This document shows positions 63,655-64,000 of a stretch of DNA of 64,000 nucleotides, in pieces (the first letter of the stretch is position 1; each line of letters opens with the position of its first letter). The stretch covers positions 5,361 to 69,360 of the forward strand of contig JAJUJH010000002.1 of NCBI GenBank assembly GCA_029265435.1, given 5' to 3'. A model generated the notes under the pieces. The model was not told the origin of the DNA and did not search any database. It saw nothing but the letters and a program-made list of their open reading frames with translations. The translations under genes and the position numbers were made by a program. The stretch is from Clostridiales bacterium. GTDB lineage: Bacteria; Bacillota; Clostridia; Christensenellales; SZUA-584.

Positions 63655-64000
63655 TCACAGCTTCATGCCCGATGCCGCCGTTATCGTTCTGACCACAGAC
63701 TCCGCGAGCATTTCCATATCGCGCTCGCATGTTTTTTTGACGCCGTCAAAATCAGCCGCCCGGCTGATTGCGGAAAAAACGGCCGTCACGCCATAATCAT
63801 AGACCTCCTCGGCGCGTTTCCCGATAGACCCGCAAAGCGCAATGCACGGCACGCCTTTTCTTTTTGCACGCTTTGCCACGCCGACGGGCACTTTCCCGTA
63901 AACACTTTGCCAGTCGATCCGGCCTTCTCCGGTAAACACGACGGCGGCGTTGTCAAGCAGATCATCAAACCGCACCGCGTCCAGCAGCATTTCGACACCG
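63655..64000 (-). CDS. Glycerate kinase, C-terminal part (gene continues beyond the window)
   Basis: FTGEGRIDWQSVYGKVPVGVAKRAKRKGVPCIALCGS is typical of the GlxK/GarK C-terminus. The frame stays open to the window edge. Confidence 0.75.
   Translation of the reverse strand, partial: GVEMLLDAVRFDDLLDNAAVVFTGEGRIDWQSVYGKVPVGVAKRAKRKGVPCIALCGSIGKRAEEVYDYGVTAVFSAISRAADFDGVKKTCERDMEMLAESVVRTITAASGMKL

Noticed and set aside
1-64000. Window-wide scan for CRISPR arrays, tRNA/rRNA genes, integrases, phage modules, toxin-antitoxin pairs, retron or DGR signatures, and defence islands
   Set aside because: I found no regularly spaced direct repeats, no tRNA T-arm/acceptor patterns or rRNA-like stretches, and no recombinase, reverse transcriptase, restriction, Cas or phage structural genes. 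The PIN-PhoH protein is the widespread housekeeping PhoH2/YlaK type and stands alone.

Overview
This looks like a chromosomal, mostly housekeeping segment of a fairly GC-rich Firmicute of the class Clostridia. The lineage call rests on three points: the mrnC-thyX-rlmB-yacP-sigH, minCDE and dnaX-ybaB-recR-yaaL gene orders, obg-yhbY next to each other, and a THF riboswitch close to the one I recall from Eubacterium siraeum. I support about 60 CDS. They include proline, zinc, thiamine-precursor and folate transporters, a Cd/Zn-type P-type ATPase, a BceRS-BceAB-type peptide-resistance module, cell-division and wall genes, glnA, pgi, and three c-di-GMP turnover proteins. There are three classical cis-regulatory RNAs: a T-box, a TPP riboswitch and a THF riboswitch. 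I also call a Zur box, an ArsR/SmtB-like operator, and several near-consensus sigma-A promoters and intrinsic terminators. I saw no rRNA, tRNA, CRISPR array, prophage, integrase or recognisable defence island, so I cannot point to a multi-gene novel system. Three items deserve follow-up: (1) a leucine-type (CUC) T-box leader that controls an AMP-forming acyl-CoA ligase rather than a tRNA synthetase or amino-acid gene; (2) a family of roughly 150-bp, highly structured MITE-like repeats (two full copies, one truncated) whose full copies are flanked by unusually long 18- and 22-bp duplications of the insertion site; (3) a small CxxC-hydrophobic-CxxC ORF that overlaps the 3' tail of an EAL gene convergently. 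Many long ORFs in the track are antisense artefacts of the high GC content, and several track ORFs carry N-terminal over-extensions that I trimmed using RBS and promoter positions. All calls come from reading the sequence and translations by eye; no searches were run.
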